Position numbers and translations under genes: made by a program | Part shown: piece after piece, positions 1-11,789 of the stretch | How the letters are laid out: each line of letters opens with the position of its first letter | Position numbering within the stretch: the stretch's first letter is position 1 | NCBI RefSeq assembly: GCF_963921235.1 | Contig: NC_086109.1 | Coordinates: 18,230,001 to 18,294,000, forward strand | Direction: 5' to 3' | Origin: Mobula hypostoma | Lineage: Eukaryota | Length of the DNA: 64,000 nt | Notes under the pieces: generated by a model | The model's database searches: none | What the model saw: only the letters and a program-made list of their open reading frames with translations | What the model was told of the DNA's origin: nothing

Positions 1-109
1 CTCCACTGATGCTGCCTAGTCCACAGGGTTCCCCAGCTTCTCGTTTTTTTTTTGCCTCAGGTTTCCTCTGTGTGAAGTCTCTTGTGTCTCCACAGTCAAA
101 AGGACTATG

Positions 110-257
110 AGTCATTACAGACATTTACACCACATGCTGCACCCATAAAGCCAACAGCATTGTGAAGGACTCCACGCACCCCTCACACAAACTCTTCTCC
201 CTCCTGCCATCTGGCAAAAGGTACCGAAGCATTCAGGCTCTCACGACCAGACCGTGC
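110..257 (+). mobile_element. Rex1/Babar-type LINE, RT C-terminal fragment
   Basis: Translates as IYTTCCTHKANSIVKDSTHPSHKLFSLLPSGKRYRSI, matching the C-terminal motif (IIKDASHPNHGLFTLLPSGRRY) of the Rex1 ORF at 37096-37956. Confidence 0.6.
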
Positions 258-1004
258 GCCGAGCACTAGTCACAAAAGGAGGTGTTACCACAAGCTTGGA
301 TAAGAGCTGGATTGAAAGGAGAGAGAAGGAGGGACACTGAAACAAACTGGTGTGGAGAGTGGATCGCAGACCCTTGGCTGACACGTTGACTTTCACTTTG
401 ACTAATACGAATTGGCTAAAAGTACCTTTAATAAAAATTGTTCAGACGGTTTGCACCCAGAGTGATATATTGAATAGGACGTGCATCATTCCCCCCCCCC
501 CCGAGGCCTCACCCAAGTTAATGCACCTGCCAGTGTTTGACTGGGCACCATTCCAGAATGGCTTCAGCCCTTAAGGGCAGGCTTCCCATCGCAGTCAGAC
601 AACAGCTGCACAGGGAGAAATGAGAGAAGAAGAAGAGGCAGGGAGAAAGCTCCAAGATTACCCAGCCAACACGGAAATAGACTGCAGGCTTGTTCCAGCG
701 GGCAGCTTACCCAGCAGAGCTACTGCCATGTAACAGCTCACTATCAGGTAACAGCTAGGATGCGGTACCCAAGGTCAACCCCGACAAATGGAGGGTCTCA
801 CGCTGCAACACACCACCAAGCTACTTGAAGTCATTTTCCATCAGGGAGCAGCCTGATGTTCTCACCAAGCTGAGAGACATCACTCTTCAGAAGACTCCTG
901 TTCTCAGAGGACACAGTGATGTAAAGGATTACTGGAACTTGGTGTATTCATGTGCTGCAGAGGAAAGAATAGTGAGGGATAATAACTCGAAAACAAGGAC
1001 ATGG

Positions 1005-2280
1005 ATCAATGCACCCAAGATGCTGGAGGACCTCAGCAGGTCAGGCAGCAGCTGTGGAAATGAACGGACAGTTGACGTTTCAGGCCGAGACTCTTCTTCA
1101 GGACTGGAAAGGACGGGGAATGACCCCAGAATGAAAAGGTGGGGAGCAGGGAAGGAGGTTTAATTAGATGAAGCCAGGTGGGTGGGAAAGGTAAAGAAGG
1201 AATCTGATAGGAGAGGAGAGTGGACCATGGGAGAATGGGAAGAAGGAGGGGCACCAGTGGGAGGTGATAGGCAGGTGAGGAGAGGAAAGAGGCCAGCGTA
1301 AGGAATAGAAGAAGAAGGAAAGGGGCAGGAAGAAACGGAAGGAGAAATCAATATTCATGTCATCAGGTGGAAGGCTATCTAGATGAAATACGAGGTGCTG
1401 CTCCTTCACCCTGAGAGCAGCCTTATCATGGAAAAAGAGGAACTGATATGTCAGAACGTGAATGGGAATTAGAATTAAAATGGTTGGCCATTGAGAAATT
1501 CCACATTTGATCGATGGAGTGGTGGCACTTGCCAAAGTGTTCTCTCAATTTACTTCGGATCTCACCATTGTAGGGGAGGCCACATCAGGACCATAGGAAA
1601 TGACAACCCCAACATATTTGCAGGTGAAGTGTAGAGGTGGCTGCATCAGGAGCATCAGATACAATAGACTACCTCAACAGATCCGCAGGTAAGTATTGCC
1701 TCACCTGAAAGGACGCTTTGGGGCCCTGAATGGAGGTGAGGGGGGTGGTGAACGGGCAGGTGTAACCTACCTATTATTTTTAGTGATATGTGCCACTTGG
1801 GAGATTACTAGGGAAGGACAAAGGAATCACAGAGGGAACAATCCCTGTGGGAAGCGGAGAGTGAAAGGCGAGAAGGTAAAGATGAGTTTGGTGGTAGGAT
1901 CCTGTTGAAGATGGTGGAAGTTGTGAAGAATGATGTGTTGGATGTGGAGGCACATGACATGGTAGGACAAGAGGAACTCTATCACATTTAAGGTGGCAGG
2001 AATATAGAGTGAGCACGGATGGGAAATGGAGAAGATGTGGGTGAGGGCAGCATCAACTGTGGAGGAAGGGAAATCCTGTTCTTTGAAGAAAGAGGACATC
2101 TTTGATACACTGGAAAGGAAAGCCTCATCCTGGGACTGAGAAAAGGGAGGAACATTTTTACTGAAGAGATGTTGGGAAGAGGTGTAGTCAAGATAGCTAT
2201 GGGAATCAGTACGTTTATGAAACATATCAGTAGACAGTTTACATCCAGAGATGAAGAATGCGAGCTGGAGAAACAGGAGA
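1005..2280 (-). mobile_element. Penelope-like element, decayed 3' portion (RT thumb, GIY-YIG end, 3' pLTR)
   Basis: Minus ORFs contain TDMFHKRTDSHSYLDYTSS (PLE RT thumb) and EQHLVFHLDSLPPDDMNIDFS (GIY-YIG C-end, cf. 34608-34901); followed by the same terminal repeat as other PLE copies. Confidence 0.8.
1069..1106 (-). ncRNA. Hammerhead ribozyme motif (minimal type I, PLE-associated), slightly decayed
   Basis: Minus strand reads cagtc-CTGAAGA-agagtctcggcct-GAAA-cGTC-aactg. Confidence 0.55.
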
Positions 2281-3695
2281 GAGGAATCTGTATGTTCTTC
2301 CCATGACCCTGTGGGCTTCCGAGGGGCACTCTGATTTCCTCTCCCACATTCCAAAGATGTTAATTAGTCACATGAGTGTAATTGGTTGTCCAGGCTCTTT
2401 GAGCAAGAAGGTCTTGTTACCATGCTGTAAGTCTTCTAAAAAATTGTGGGCCAAATACCCTCTTCTGTGCTGTAGAGGTCTATGTTCTATCTGCTAATGG
2501 TTTTGATAGCTGGTGAGGCCCCTCAGTCCAAAGCATTCAAGAACTATAATAAACAAAAATAGTATCAAAACTGCAGATTACTAAAAGATGGCTGAAAGAT
2601 TAAAATTTAAAAAACAGTGACACTTGCAAAAGCAATTAACTAGTACATGAATTAATAAGAACTGTCTCCTCATCATTTTTTCAGAGGGTATGTGGTTCTA
2701 TTCACTTCAACATGCACACTGTTTAAATTGGCAGAGGCTAGGCAGGCAGACTTCCTAACCTGGGAGTTGGAATGTAGATCATAGAACACCTCAGCACAAC
2801 ACTGGCCCTTCTGCCCATGATGGTGTGCCAGATTCTGAAGAAGCCCAGACTTCCCCTCTTGCACTGGTGACTTGGAGCCACACTTACTTCATTTAGCCTG
2901 CTCTAGGAGCCCAGAACTTCCCTCCAATCATAAGGCTAAAATGCTGCCTCTTCTGACTGGATCTGCTGGGTTTGAAGCAGAAGACCTGCCTGGTACGTTA
3001 ACAGGATGAGCTGACTTGAACCATCAATGGAAGGTAGTCCTGAAACATCAATTCTACTTTTCTCAACATGGACTGTACTGTCCTTCTGAGTACATCCAAA
3101 ATTTCCTGTGTTTATTAGGGTAGGGTTAAGCTTTGTGGGGATGATAAATATCGTTCTGCACTACTTGATCCAGAATATCTATTTCTTTGCTGTTAATTCT
3201 GTGTAGTTTGCATTAGATTTACCAAATGCCATCGTTCAAATTGCAGAAATACTCCCTCTCAAAATGCAGCAAGCTGAAAATTTTCACCCCTTGAAGTTCT
3301 ATTGTTAGATCAAGATGCCAATGCAAATTCTTTCATGTGAATTTCATTGGACTCGTTTATCTAATTAGATAAGTCAGGAAGAAGGAGTGTCCTAGACTGA
3401 TTGTTCCATAAAGTGATCAGTGTGACCTGCACATAAAACACAGACAAGGCAGTGGATGCAATTTAGCAAATATACAGCCGTGAAATCCCTGGGCTAAACT
3501 CAAATCTAGTTCTCCTACCAAAGAGAATATTTACTACTACAAGTTAATTTTAGTGCCTTGGCTCCTGACACGCTTTGATGAAGTGAGCCAGGTTTACGTT
3601 ATGTAAAGTAACATAAATAGCATAATGGTCAAATAACACACATCAAAGTTGCTGGTGAACGCAGCAGGCCAGGCAGCATCTCTAGGAAGAGGTAC

Positions 3696-3731
3696 AGTCG
3701 ACGTTTCAGGCCGAGACCCTTCGTCAGGACT
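3696..3731 (-). ncRNA. Hammerhead ribozyme (minimal type I), core intact
   Basis: Minus strand: agtc-CTGACGA-agg gtctcgg cct-GAAA-cGTC-gact; stem I agtc/gact, stem II agg/cct, GTC cleavage triplet. Confidence 0.75.
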
Positions 3732-3853
3732 AACTGAAGGAAGAGGGAGTAAGGGATTTAAGAGGGGGAGGGGGAGATCCAAAATGATAGGAGAAGACAG
3801 GATCTCCCCTCCCCCCCCCACTTTTAAATCTCTTACTAGCTCTTTCTTCAGTT

Positions 3854-3889
3854 AGTCCTGACGAAGGATCTCGGCCTGAAACGTCGACC
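3854..3889 (+). ncRNA. Hammerhead ribozyme (minimal type I), core intact
   Basis: agtc-CTGACGA-agg atctcgg cct-GAAA-cGTC-gacc. Confidence 0.7.
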
Positions 3890-5420
3890 GTACCTCTTCC
3901 TAGAGATGCTGCCTGGCCTGCTGCGTTCACCAGCAACTTTGATGTGTGTTGCTTGAATTTCCAGCATCTGCAGAATTCCTCTTGTTTGTGTTATAATGGT
4001 CAAATTACTGGATTAGTTGTCACGGTTCTCGATTATTAATCCAGATAGTTAGGATCCCACAATGCCAGCTGCAGAAATTAAAATCAGGTAATTAGACAAG
4101 CGTTTCTTCGTAAGAATAACTGTAAAACCACAAGATTATTGTGGTTCACTACAGCTCTATACAGAGGGAAATCTCTGTCCTTCCCTGGTCTGATCTGTTT
4201 GAGTTCAAACACACAAATATGGTTAATCTTTAATTGCTTCCTCGATTCTGGGGACAATTGGGGACAGGAAAATAAAGGCCAGCCCAGCCATTGCTGCTCA
4301 TAAACTCCCTCCTTCGCTAAGCACCCTCATTATCCTGGCCATGCCCTCTTCTCATTGCTGGGATCAGACAGGAACTACAGGAGATTGAAAACACACACTT
4401 CAAGGTTCAATAACAACTTCTTCCTCAGTGTCATCGGGTTCTCCAAAGGAACCGTAAAACCCCAGAGTACATTTGTCTCAATTTGCACCAATGTCGTTAT
4501 GTTTATTTTGTTGTGAAAGTTATGTAAAATCTGTTTTAATATACGTTTGTCATGTTTGTAATGTACTGTGCTGCTGCTGCAAAAAGCTTGTTTTAATGGC
4601 ATTTATAACCTGTTTATATATGCCCATGACGATAACTTGAACTTGAAATATTGAATTAATTTAAATAGCCTTACATCTGAAAGTGAAAAAAAATAACGAA
4701 GTTGCTCAGTGGGTCAGGGAACATCTGTACAGTCAATGTTCGGATTAAAACTGTGCAATGGGAAGACGGCCAGTGTAAAGAGGTAAGGGAAGGGATGAGG
4801 GAGGTATTGGCAAAGTACTGATCTTTTGTGTCTCCATCTTACATATGAAAGTACCGTGTTAACTTTTCCACTACATGTCCCTCTATGCACATTCATAATG
4901 GAATCCCACTGTCAGAACTGGGAAAGAAGGGAAAATAAGCTAGCTTTCAGTAACAACAAAGGTGGAGTGTGGATAATTTCGACAAGAGAATTTCAGTCTG
5001 TATGAAAACTTTTTCTATTAGTGTAGGCTAACCTGCTGCCCATGTCCCCCATGTCCCACAGTTTTGTTTTTCAAAACACATTATACAGACAACGAAGCAT
5101 AGCCTGACCCTAACTCCACTTATTTGGAATTGTCTTGTGGAGATATTGCCTTTGATCCAATCCATCTTCCTCCATGTTCTCGACACAGAAAGCTACCTTG
5201 CATTCTCTCTTTGCCAGATCTGGAAAAGGGTCCCAGACCTGAAAAGTTAACTGGAAGTTTAAAGTAAATTTATTACCAATGTACGCACTGTACATGTCAC
5301 CCTGAGATTCATTTTCTCGCAGGCATTCACAGTTGAACAAAGAATCAATGAAAAAACTGCACACAAACAGAGACTGGCAAGCAGTAAATTTGCAAAAGAA
5401 GATAAACTACAAATACAAAA

Positions 5421-5487
5421 TAGTATTGTGCAAAAGTCTTAGGCACTTATATATAGCTAGGGTGCCTAAGGCTTTTGCACAGTACTG
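5421..5487. mobile_element. Tiny Tc1/mariner-like MITE (hairpin)
   Basis: ~26-bp imperfect TIRs tagtattgtgcaaaagtcttaggcac / gtgcctaaggcttttgcacagtactg; second diverged copy at 5597-5659 flanked by TA. Confidence 0.6.
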
Positions 5488-5596
5488 CATGTTATGTCTT
5501 TCCAGTTACCAAATAACACTTAATACTACTGAGCTAATACAAAGCTAAGTACTCTTACTTCAGTTTCCCAGCCATCTTCCTACTTTAACCAATATA

Positions 5597-5659
5597 CAGA
5601 GCTGTGCAAAAGCCTGAAGCATCCTAGCTATACATGCCCCAGACTTTGGTGCAATACCG
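5597..5659. mobile_element. Diverged second copy of the tiny Tc1-like MITE
   Basis: cagagctgtgcaaaagcc...ctagcta...gactttggtgcaataccg, TA on both sides. Confidence 0.45.
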
Positions 5660-5700
5660 TAAATAAATAAATAAATAAATAAATAAATTTAATTTTTTTA

Positions 5701-6010
5701 AGGCATCCGTTAGTCCTGCGAGACCATGGATCTGCACCTGGAGAGTCTTCATTCTCCAGGGCGCAGGCTTGGGCAAGGTTGTATGGAAGACCAGCAGTTG
5801 CCCATGCTGCAAGTCTCCCCTCTCCACGACACCATTGTTGTCCAAGGGAAGGGCATTAGGACCCATACAGCTTGGCACCAGTGTCGTCGCAGAGCAATGT
5901 GTGATTAAGTGCCTTGCTCAAGGACACCACACGTTCCCTCGGCTGGGGCTCGAACTCACGACCTTCGGGTCGCTAGTCCAATGCCTTAACCACTTGGCCA
6001 CCTGCCCACA
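5701..6010 (-). mobile_element. tRNA-derived SINE (same family as 24858-25170)
   Basis: Minus-strand A box TGGCCAAGTGG and B box GAGTTCGAGCC; closely matches 24858-25170 over its whole length. Confidence 0.85.
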
Positions 6011-6149
6011 AATAAATGAATAAATACCCAATACTGAGAACATGTGTAGTAGAGTCCTAAAAAGTGAGTCCATAGGTTGAGGTGAGTGAAGTTATCTTCC
6101 TGCTATTCCTGCTTCCTTCCTTCTATTCCTCCTGCAGAGTTTGCTAAAT

Positions 6150-6400
6150 AGATAGATAGATAGATAGATATACTTTATTAATCCCAAGGGAAATTTGGTT
6201 TTGTTACTGCCGCACCAACCAAGAATAGAGCGTAAATATAGCAATACAAAAACCCCCAACAATCAAACAACAAAATGCAAACTATGTCAGATGGAAAATA
6301 AGTCCAGGACCAGTCTATTGGCTCAGGGTGTCTGACCCTCCACGGGAGGAGCTGCACGTTCGATGGCCACAGGCAGGAACGACCTCCCAGTGTTGTATCA
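6150..6400 (-). mobile_element. Rex1/Babar-family 3' end with (CTAT)n tail
   Basis: Shares ...GGSDTLSQ* terminus and 3'UTR with the Rex1 copy at 55295-56224. Confidence 0.7.
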
Positions 6401-6719
6401 CGGTGGAATGTGGCCGAAGTCCAACAGTAAAAAGTTCAATATCCAGTCTGCAAACACGTTCCTCGATCGTAATATGCCCCGGATTGCACCATCTGTTGTT
6501 AACCAGATCAGTAAGCACCCAACTCCTTTACGCTTACCGCTCTCAGTGCACTTCCGGTCAGCCGGAACGGTATTACCCACCGAACTCCTCTTCTCCAAAA
6601 GTCTCTGTTGTCTCGACCCGGGTTCCTGTCATTAACTGATTTGCACTTTTAATGATACTCTTCCACCAGTGGAGGTAATTATTAATTAAATTAATTAATG
6701 GCTCCGTCTGACTAAGTAG

Positions 6720-7100
6720 ACAATGGAAGCGCCCGCTCGTGGCGCAGACCTGGGCGATGAATATGGAGATCCTGGGCTGCCCAGACATCAAGATCCCCCT
6801 CTTGGCCTCGCGGATGTGGTCCAAAGGAATGTGAAGCAGTACATTTGGCATCAGCTTGGCTGCAGGAGCTGCCGGGAGGTGATGCAATACATCGTCCAAC
6901 CGCCTTAGGGGCTCCACTCCGGATTTGTGTAGGGTTTACTCCTTAGCCTTCTCTTCTCCCGAAGATACCCACAAGGCAGTGGGATCCGGAATGCTGGATG
7001 GGGGCCCATACCGTATACTGTCAGCCGGAACCAGCTGAGCCCGGGACTCATGTAAGGCAGGGTTGTCACGCCCTGTAGTAGTGACATATGGAGCCACTAC
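6720..7100 (-). mobile_element. RTE-like 5'UTR-derived non-autonomous repeat
   Basis: Recognised by resemblance to RTE 5'UTR sequence (ggctaaggagtaaaccctacacaaatccggagtggagcccctaaggcggttgga); no coding motif. Confidence 0.4.
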
Positions 7101-7189
7101 TATTGGAGGTAATTATAGGACAACTCAATTATGCCGGCATTTTCCATTCTTATATTGATGTGAATTTGCAATGAAAATAATCAATCATT

Positions 7190-8025
7190 AATTCCTCTTA
7201 CTATCAGAGAAGTGTATGCAATAGACATCCTGAAACTCTTGTTCTTCGCAGATATCCACGAAAACAGAAGAGTGCCCCAAAGAATGAGTGACAGTAAAAA
7301 TGTTAGAACCCCAAAGACCCCAACTTCCCCCTCCACACACACAAGCAGCGGCAAAACAATGACCCATCCCCCTTACTTCAGCAAAAAGCATCAGTGCCCA
7401 CCACCCACCAAGCAAGCAATAGCAAAGCCCCCAAGAAAGACCACGATCTGCAGTACAACAAAAACTAATCGTTCACCCAACAACTCGACGTGCTGTCTCA
7501 CTCTCTCTCTCTAATAAAGGGGTAGAGAGGGGTCACTCAGCGAGAGGGGAGACATAAACAAAAAACACACTGATCTGCGATGATAAAGTCTGCTGTTTCC
7601 TTTTTTGCCAAGTTCTCTGACTCGAGAATCGGCAACAAACAAATGAGTGAAAGAGAGAGAGCGCGTAATTCGCCGAGAACAGAGCCACCGACAGAGGATC
7701 TGCTGTTCCTGGTATTCCATTTTCTCCAGCAACACTTCAATCAGTGGCACTGGCATACAGTCACAGGACCGTGAAGCCTCAGAACCCCAAAGGCACACTC
7801 GTCTTCGAGGCTGTGTCCTTGGGATATCAAAAAGCGGCAGATCGTGAGTCCCCAGGAGCAGGTTCCACCACCGCAAAGAACCAGAGTCAGAGTGTAGCTC
7901 CTGGTCAGGGTCTCAACAGAACCCCATCCACCTCGGAAAGGGAAAAGAGAAACATAAGGGTAGAAATTGAGCTGTTTCCGCAGATGAGCTCAAAGGAGGC
8001 ACAGTTAAGCACTATATAGCTCCAC
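7190..8025 (-). repeat. Unclassified interspersed non-LTR-like repeat; related copy at ~31710-32150
   Basis: acatcctgaaa...ttcttc...atcc..gaaaacaga..agtgccccaaagaa block and downstream sequence recur at 31755-31815. Confidence 0.55.
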
Positions 8026-8509
8026 CCCAAAATAATAAAGCAGGGGAAAATCATGAGCCTTTAAAATTAGACTAAACCATGCCTCTACTCCCATAATCAC
8101 ACACTCTCTAGCACTATTTTACTTGTCTGTTATTCTTTCTATTAGATTTACAAATTATAATTCGCTATGATAATAATTAAGAGACTTTAACTTTACCCTT
8201 CACATTAAGTAAGTTCAAGAAATAGAAGTAACATTACCAAGGTAGCCATTGTAAATTACCAGAAGAAAGTTTATTTAACATTTCCCTCCTTGGGCTCAAG
8301 CTAATGGAACTTTTCAAACCAAATCAACTTTCATTCTGACACAGTGATCAAATCATCATTTCAAATTTCAGGTTCAAAGTAAATCCATTATCAAGGCATA
8401 TATACATATGTCACCATATACTACACTGAGATTTGTTTTCTTGCAGTCATTTACAGTAGGACAAAGAAATACAAGAGAATATACAAAAAACTGCACTCCA
8501 ATGAAACAG

Positions 8510-9175
8510 CAATGCCCTTGAATGGTAAATCCTACAAAAAGTGGTGGATATGGCCCAGTCCATCACAGGTAAAGCCCTCCCTACCTTTGAGCACAACTAC
8601 ACAGAGCTGTTGCAGAAAAGCAGCATCCATCGTCAGGGATTCTCTCAGGTCATGCACACTTCTCACTGCTGCCATCGGAAAGAAGGTACAGGAGCATCAG
8701 GACTCACACCACCAGGCTCAGGAACAGCTATTACCCCTCAACCATCAGGCTCTTAAACCAGTGAGGATAACTTCATTCAAGTTCACTTGCCCCATCACTA
8801 AACTCTTCCCACAACCTATGGACTCACTTTCAAGGAACCTTTGTTTCGTGTTCTCTATATTTATTGCTTATTTATTTATTGTTATTGTTGTATTTTATTT
8901 TTTCTCAGCCCAAGCTGGTAACACCAGAGGTTTCCAACCCTGAGCCAGCCATTCAATACTTCCTTGTTGTGATTTAGCCTACTCAGTGTCTCTCTTTTTA
9001 TATTTGCTCAGTTTGTTGGTCCCCTGCACATTGGTTGTTTGTCCGCCCTGTTGGGTGTGGTCTTTCATTAAATAAATTATGGTTCTTGGATTTACTCAGT
9101 ATGCCTGCAAGAAAATGAATCTCTGGTTTGTATATTGTGACATATGTGTACTTTGATAATAAATTTACTTTGAAC
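8510..9175 (+). mobile_element. Rex1-related 3' fragment with (TTTGAAC)-type tail, nested in an opposite-strand copy (8365-8500 / 9180-9230)
   Basis: ctgccatcggaaagaaggtacaggagc (LPSGRRYRS-like) and 3'UTR ending tactttgataataaatttactttgaac; same tail at 5255, 11700, 13665, 24550, 53283, 60700. Confidence 0.65.
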
Positions 9176-9629
9176 TGTTAACAAGCAAAGACTGACAACC
9201 AACCAATGTGTAAGAAAAGGCAAACTGTGCAATGAAACTCACAGCAAAATCCTCCGTTTGCGTCAACGACCAACATAGTCCGAGATATGCCAATGGCAGC
9301 CCACAAGTGTCACCATGCTCCCAGCGCCAACATAGCATGCCCACAATACACCAACCCTAACGCGTACGTTTTTGCAGTGTGGGAGGAAACTAGAGCACCC
9401 GGACGAATCCCACATGGTCACGGCGAGATGTATAAATTCCTTACAGACAGCGGTGGGTATTGCACCCTGGTCTTACGACAGGTGCTGTAAAGCTTTATGC
9501 AGAGTGGTTAGTGCCTGGAACGGACTGCTAGGGATATTGGGGGAGGCATATGTGGTAGAATCGTTTGAGAGGCTATTAGGTAGACACATGAATATACATG
9601 GAATGGAGGATATGGATAATAATATTATT

Positions 9630-10235
9630 AATAATAATAAGTACTTTATTGATCCTGAGAGGGAAATTCTTTCATTACAGCAGAAACATTTAAAAACACA
9701 CTTAGCAGTGTGCAGATTTAACTAATAATAAAGTACAGGATAATAATATACATAATAATAATTTACCAATGTGCAATACTGTGCAATAATAATGTATAAA
9801 ATAATAAAACAGAGACTATTGTACTGTGATGTGTACTCTCCTGTCACACAGGGATGAAATGTCGTATGTACTTGTTGCATTTGGTAGGAAAGATTTTCTA
9901 TAACGATCCTTGTGATGGCAGAGCTGAGTGGGTCTGTCCGAAAGGGGGTGGGGTCTCCGCTGGTTATTCAGTAGGTCACGGAGAGAACATGCCTGATTGT
10001 CCATAATGGATAACAGTTAGTTTAGTGACCTCCTCTCCACCACTAACTCAGAAGAGTCTGGGTTGTAGCCATGGTTGGATCCAGCCTTTCTGATGAGTTT
10101 ATTTAGTCTTTTTGCACCACCAGCACCGAGGCTGCTCCCCCAACATAAAGCAGCGAAGAGGACTGCACTCGTTACAACAGACTGGTAAAGGATCTCCAAC
10201 ATCCTGCTGCACCTCATGTTCAGCCAGAGGAGGTT
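9630..10235 (-). mobile_element. Rex1/Babar LINE 3' fragment
   Basis: MLEILYQSVVTSAVLFAALCWGSS..RLNKLIRKAGS and RYRKSFLP motifs; (TTA)n tail after gatcaataaagta. Confidence 0.75.
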
Positions 10236-11789
10236 TAGTTGAATTCGGCCTTGTGATTGGCGCAGACATTGTGGACCAAAGGACATGTTCCCATGCTGTA
10301 CTGCTCTATGTTGCTCTGTTTGCTTACATATTTAAAAGAATCCATTAAAGCATGTGGACATTGTTGGCAAATTATATAGCCCCCTAGGCATTTCGTGTGA
10401 CAATTAAGGATATTCCACATTCTTAGGCCTGCAATCATACATAAACAAAGACATATTTTTATTCCTGGATGAAACAGATGGGTTTAAATGACAACATTCA
10501 GTTTAGTTTTGCTGACATTAACTTTACATTCTACATGTACAAGTTACTTGAGTTTAAATTTCCAAGATGCGAGTGTGGGATTTGAACTTTTGTCTCGGGA
10601 TCAATCCCCCCGAGTACTGGATACTAATCCAGTAACATAGACATTACGCAGTACTGGAGGTCGTGTTTTGGAAAGTGGAGATTTGAGGTGATGTCATTAA
10701 ATTATGAATGGATTCAGCAGAGTAAATCCGGCGAGAATATTTCCATTTATAGGCGAATCCAAAAGCATGAGTCATAAATATGATATTATTAAACACGAGG
10801 AAGTGAGGTCCCTTATGATTGAAAGCTTTTAGAATGTGAGATCACCAGCGCAGGAAGTCGTGAACGCTTAGGTACTCTGAGGAAAAAGCATGCACATGGG
10901 AGATGAGACAATGGAAGTCAATACATGGAATGTATACAGCAACAAGGGCTTTTGGGCTGAATGGCCTAACTCGGAGCAGTACATATAATTTGCTTTCAAT
11001 GCTTTTGATCAACTGAGGAATCAGAATCACGTTTATTATCACTAACATACAGTATGTTATGAAATTTGTTGTTTTCTGGCAGTAGTTCAGTACAAGACAT
11101 AAAATATACTATATATGCAATAAGAGATGTAAATAAAATAAATAAGTAGTGCAAAAATAGTGAGGTAATGTACTTGGGTTCAATATCCATTCAGTAATCT
11201 GATGGCAGGGGGGAGGAAGCTGTTCCTAAAATGCTGAGTGTGCATCTTCAGGCTGCTCTACCTCCTCCCTGATGATAAAGATGAGAATGGGCCACATCCT
11301 GGGTGGTGAAAACCCTTAATGATCGGAAAAGCTGCAGAGGATCGTACACTTAGCCAGCCCATGACAGAGCCACCCCACCATCGAGGGCATCTTCAAAAAG
11401 GCTGAGTGTCCTGCTGACCTTGAAGATGTCCTCGGTGGGTGGAGAGGCTCGTGCCCGTGATGGAGATGGCTGAGTGTCCTGTCCTTTGCAGCTTTTTCTG
11501 ATCCTGTGCACCCCTCCCTCCCATTCTCCACTATATCAGACCGTGATGCAAACAGTTAGAATGCTCTCCGCGGTAAATCTGTAGAGATTTGCGGGAGTCT
11601 TTGGTGCTTCCTGGAGTAGGTTAGATGGTCAGCTTAACACTGTGGGCCGAAGGGCCTGTAATGTGCTGTAGTTTCCATGTTTAACAATCAACAACTCAGA
11701 CATTCAAAGTTCAAGGTAAGTTTATTGTCAAAGAGCATATACGTTACCATATATGACTCTGAGATTCATTTTCCTTACAAACATGGTGT

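Larger units (their letters stand above)
3635..3992 (+). mobile_element. Non-coding Penelope-like insertion made of inverted terminal repeats (hairpin)
   Basis: Arms ~3635-3780 and ~3800-3950 are reverse complements with a ~19-nt spacer; 13-bp TSD ATAATGGTCAAAT at 3622-3634 and 3993-4005. Confidence 0.85.

Noticed and set aside
260..830. Possible LTR/Gypsy fragment
   Set aside because: No supportable termini, TSD or protein motif by eye
3594..3936. Recurrent ORF MLVNAAGQAASLGRGTVDVSGRDPSSGLTE (also 34233, 34898) as a small-protein family
   Set aside because: It is the antisense translation of the PLE terminal repeat/hammerhead, starts at non-ATG codons and ends differ between copies
5920..6010. 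tRNA gene-like sequence (also 24860, 22260, 52730, 58295)
   Set aside because: These are SINE heads continuing into SINE bodies, several with TSDs; no complete cloverleaf or terminator
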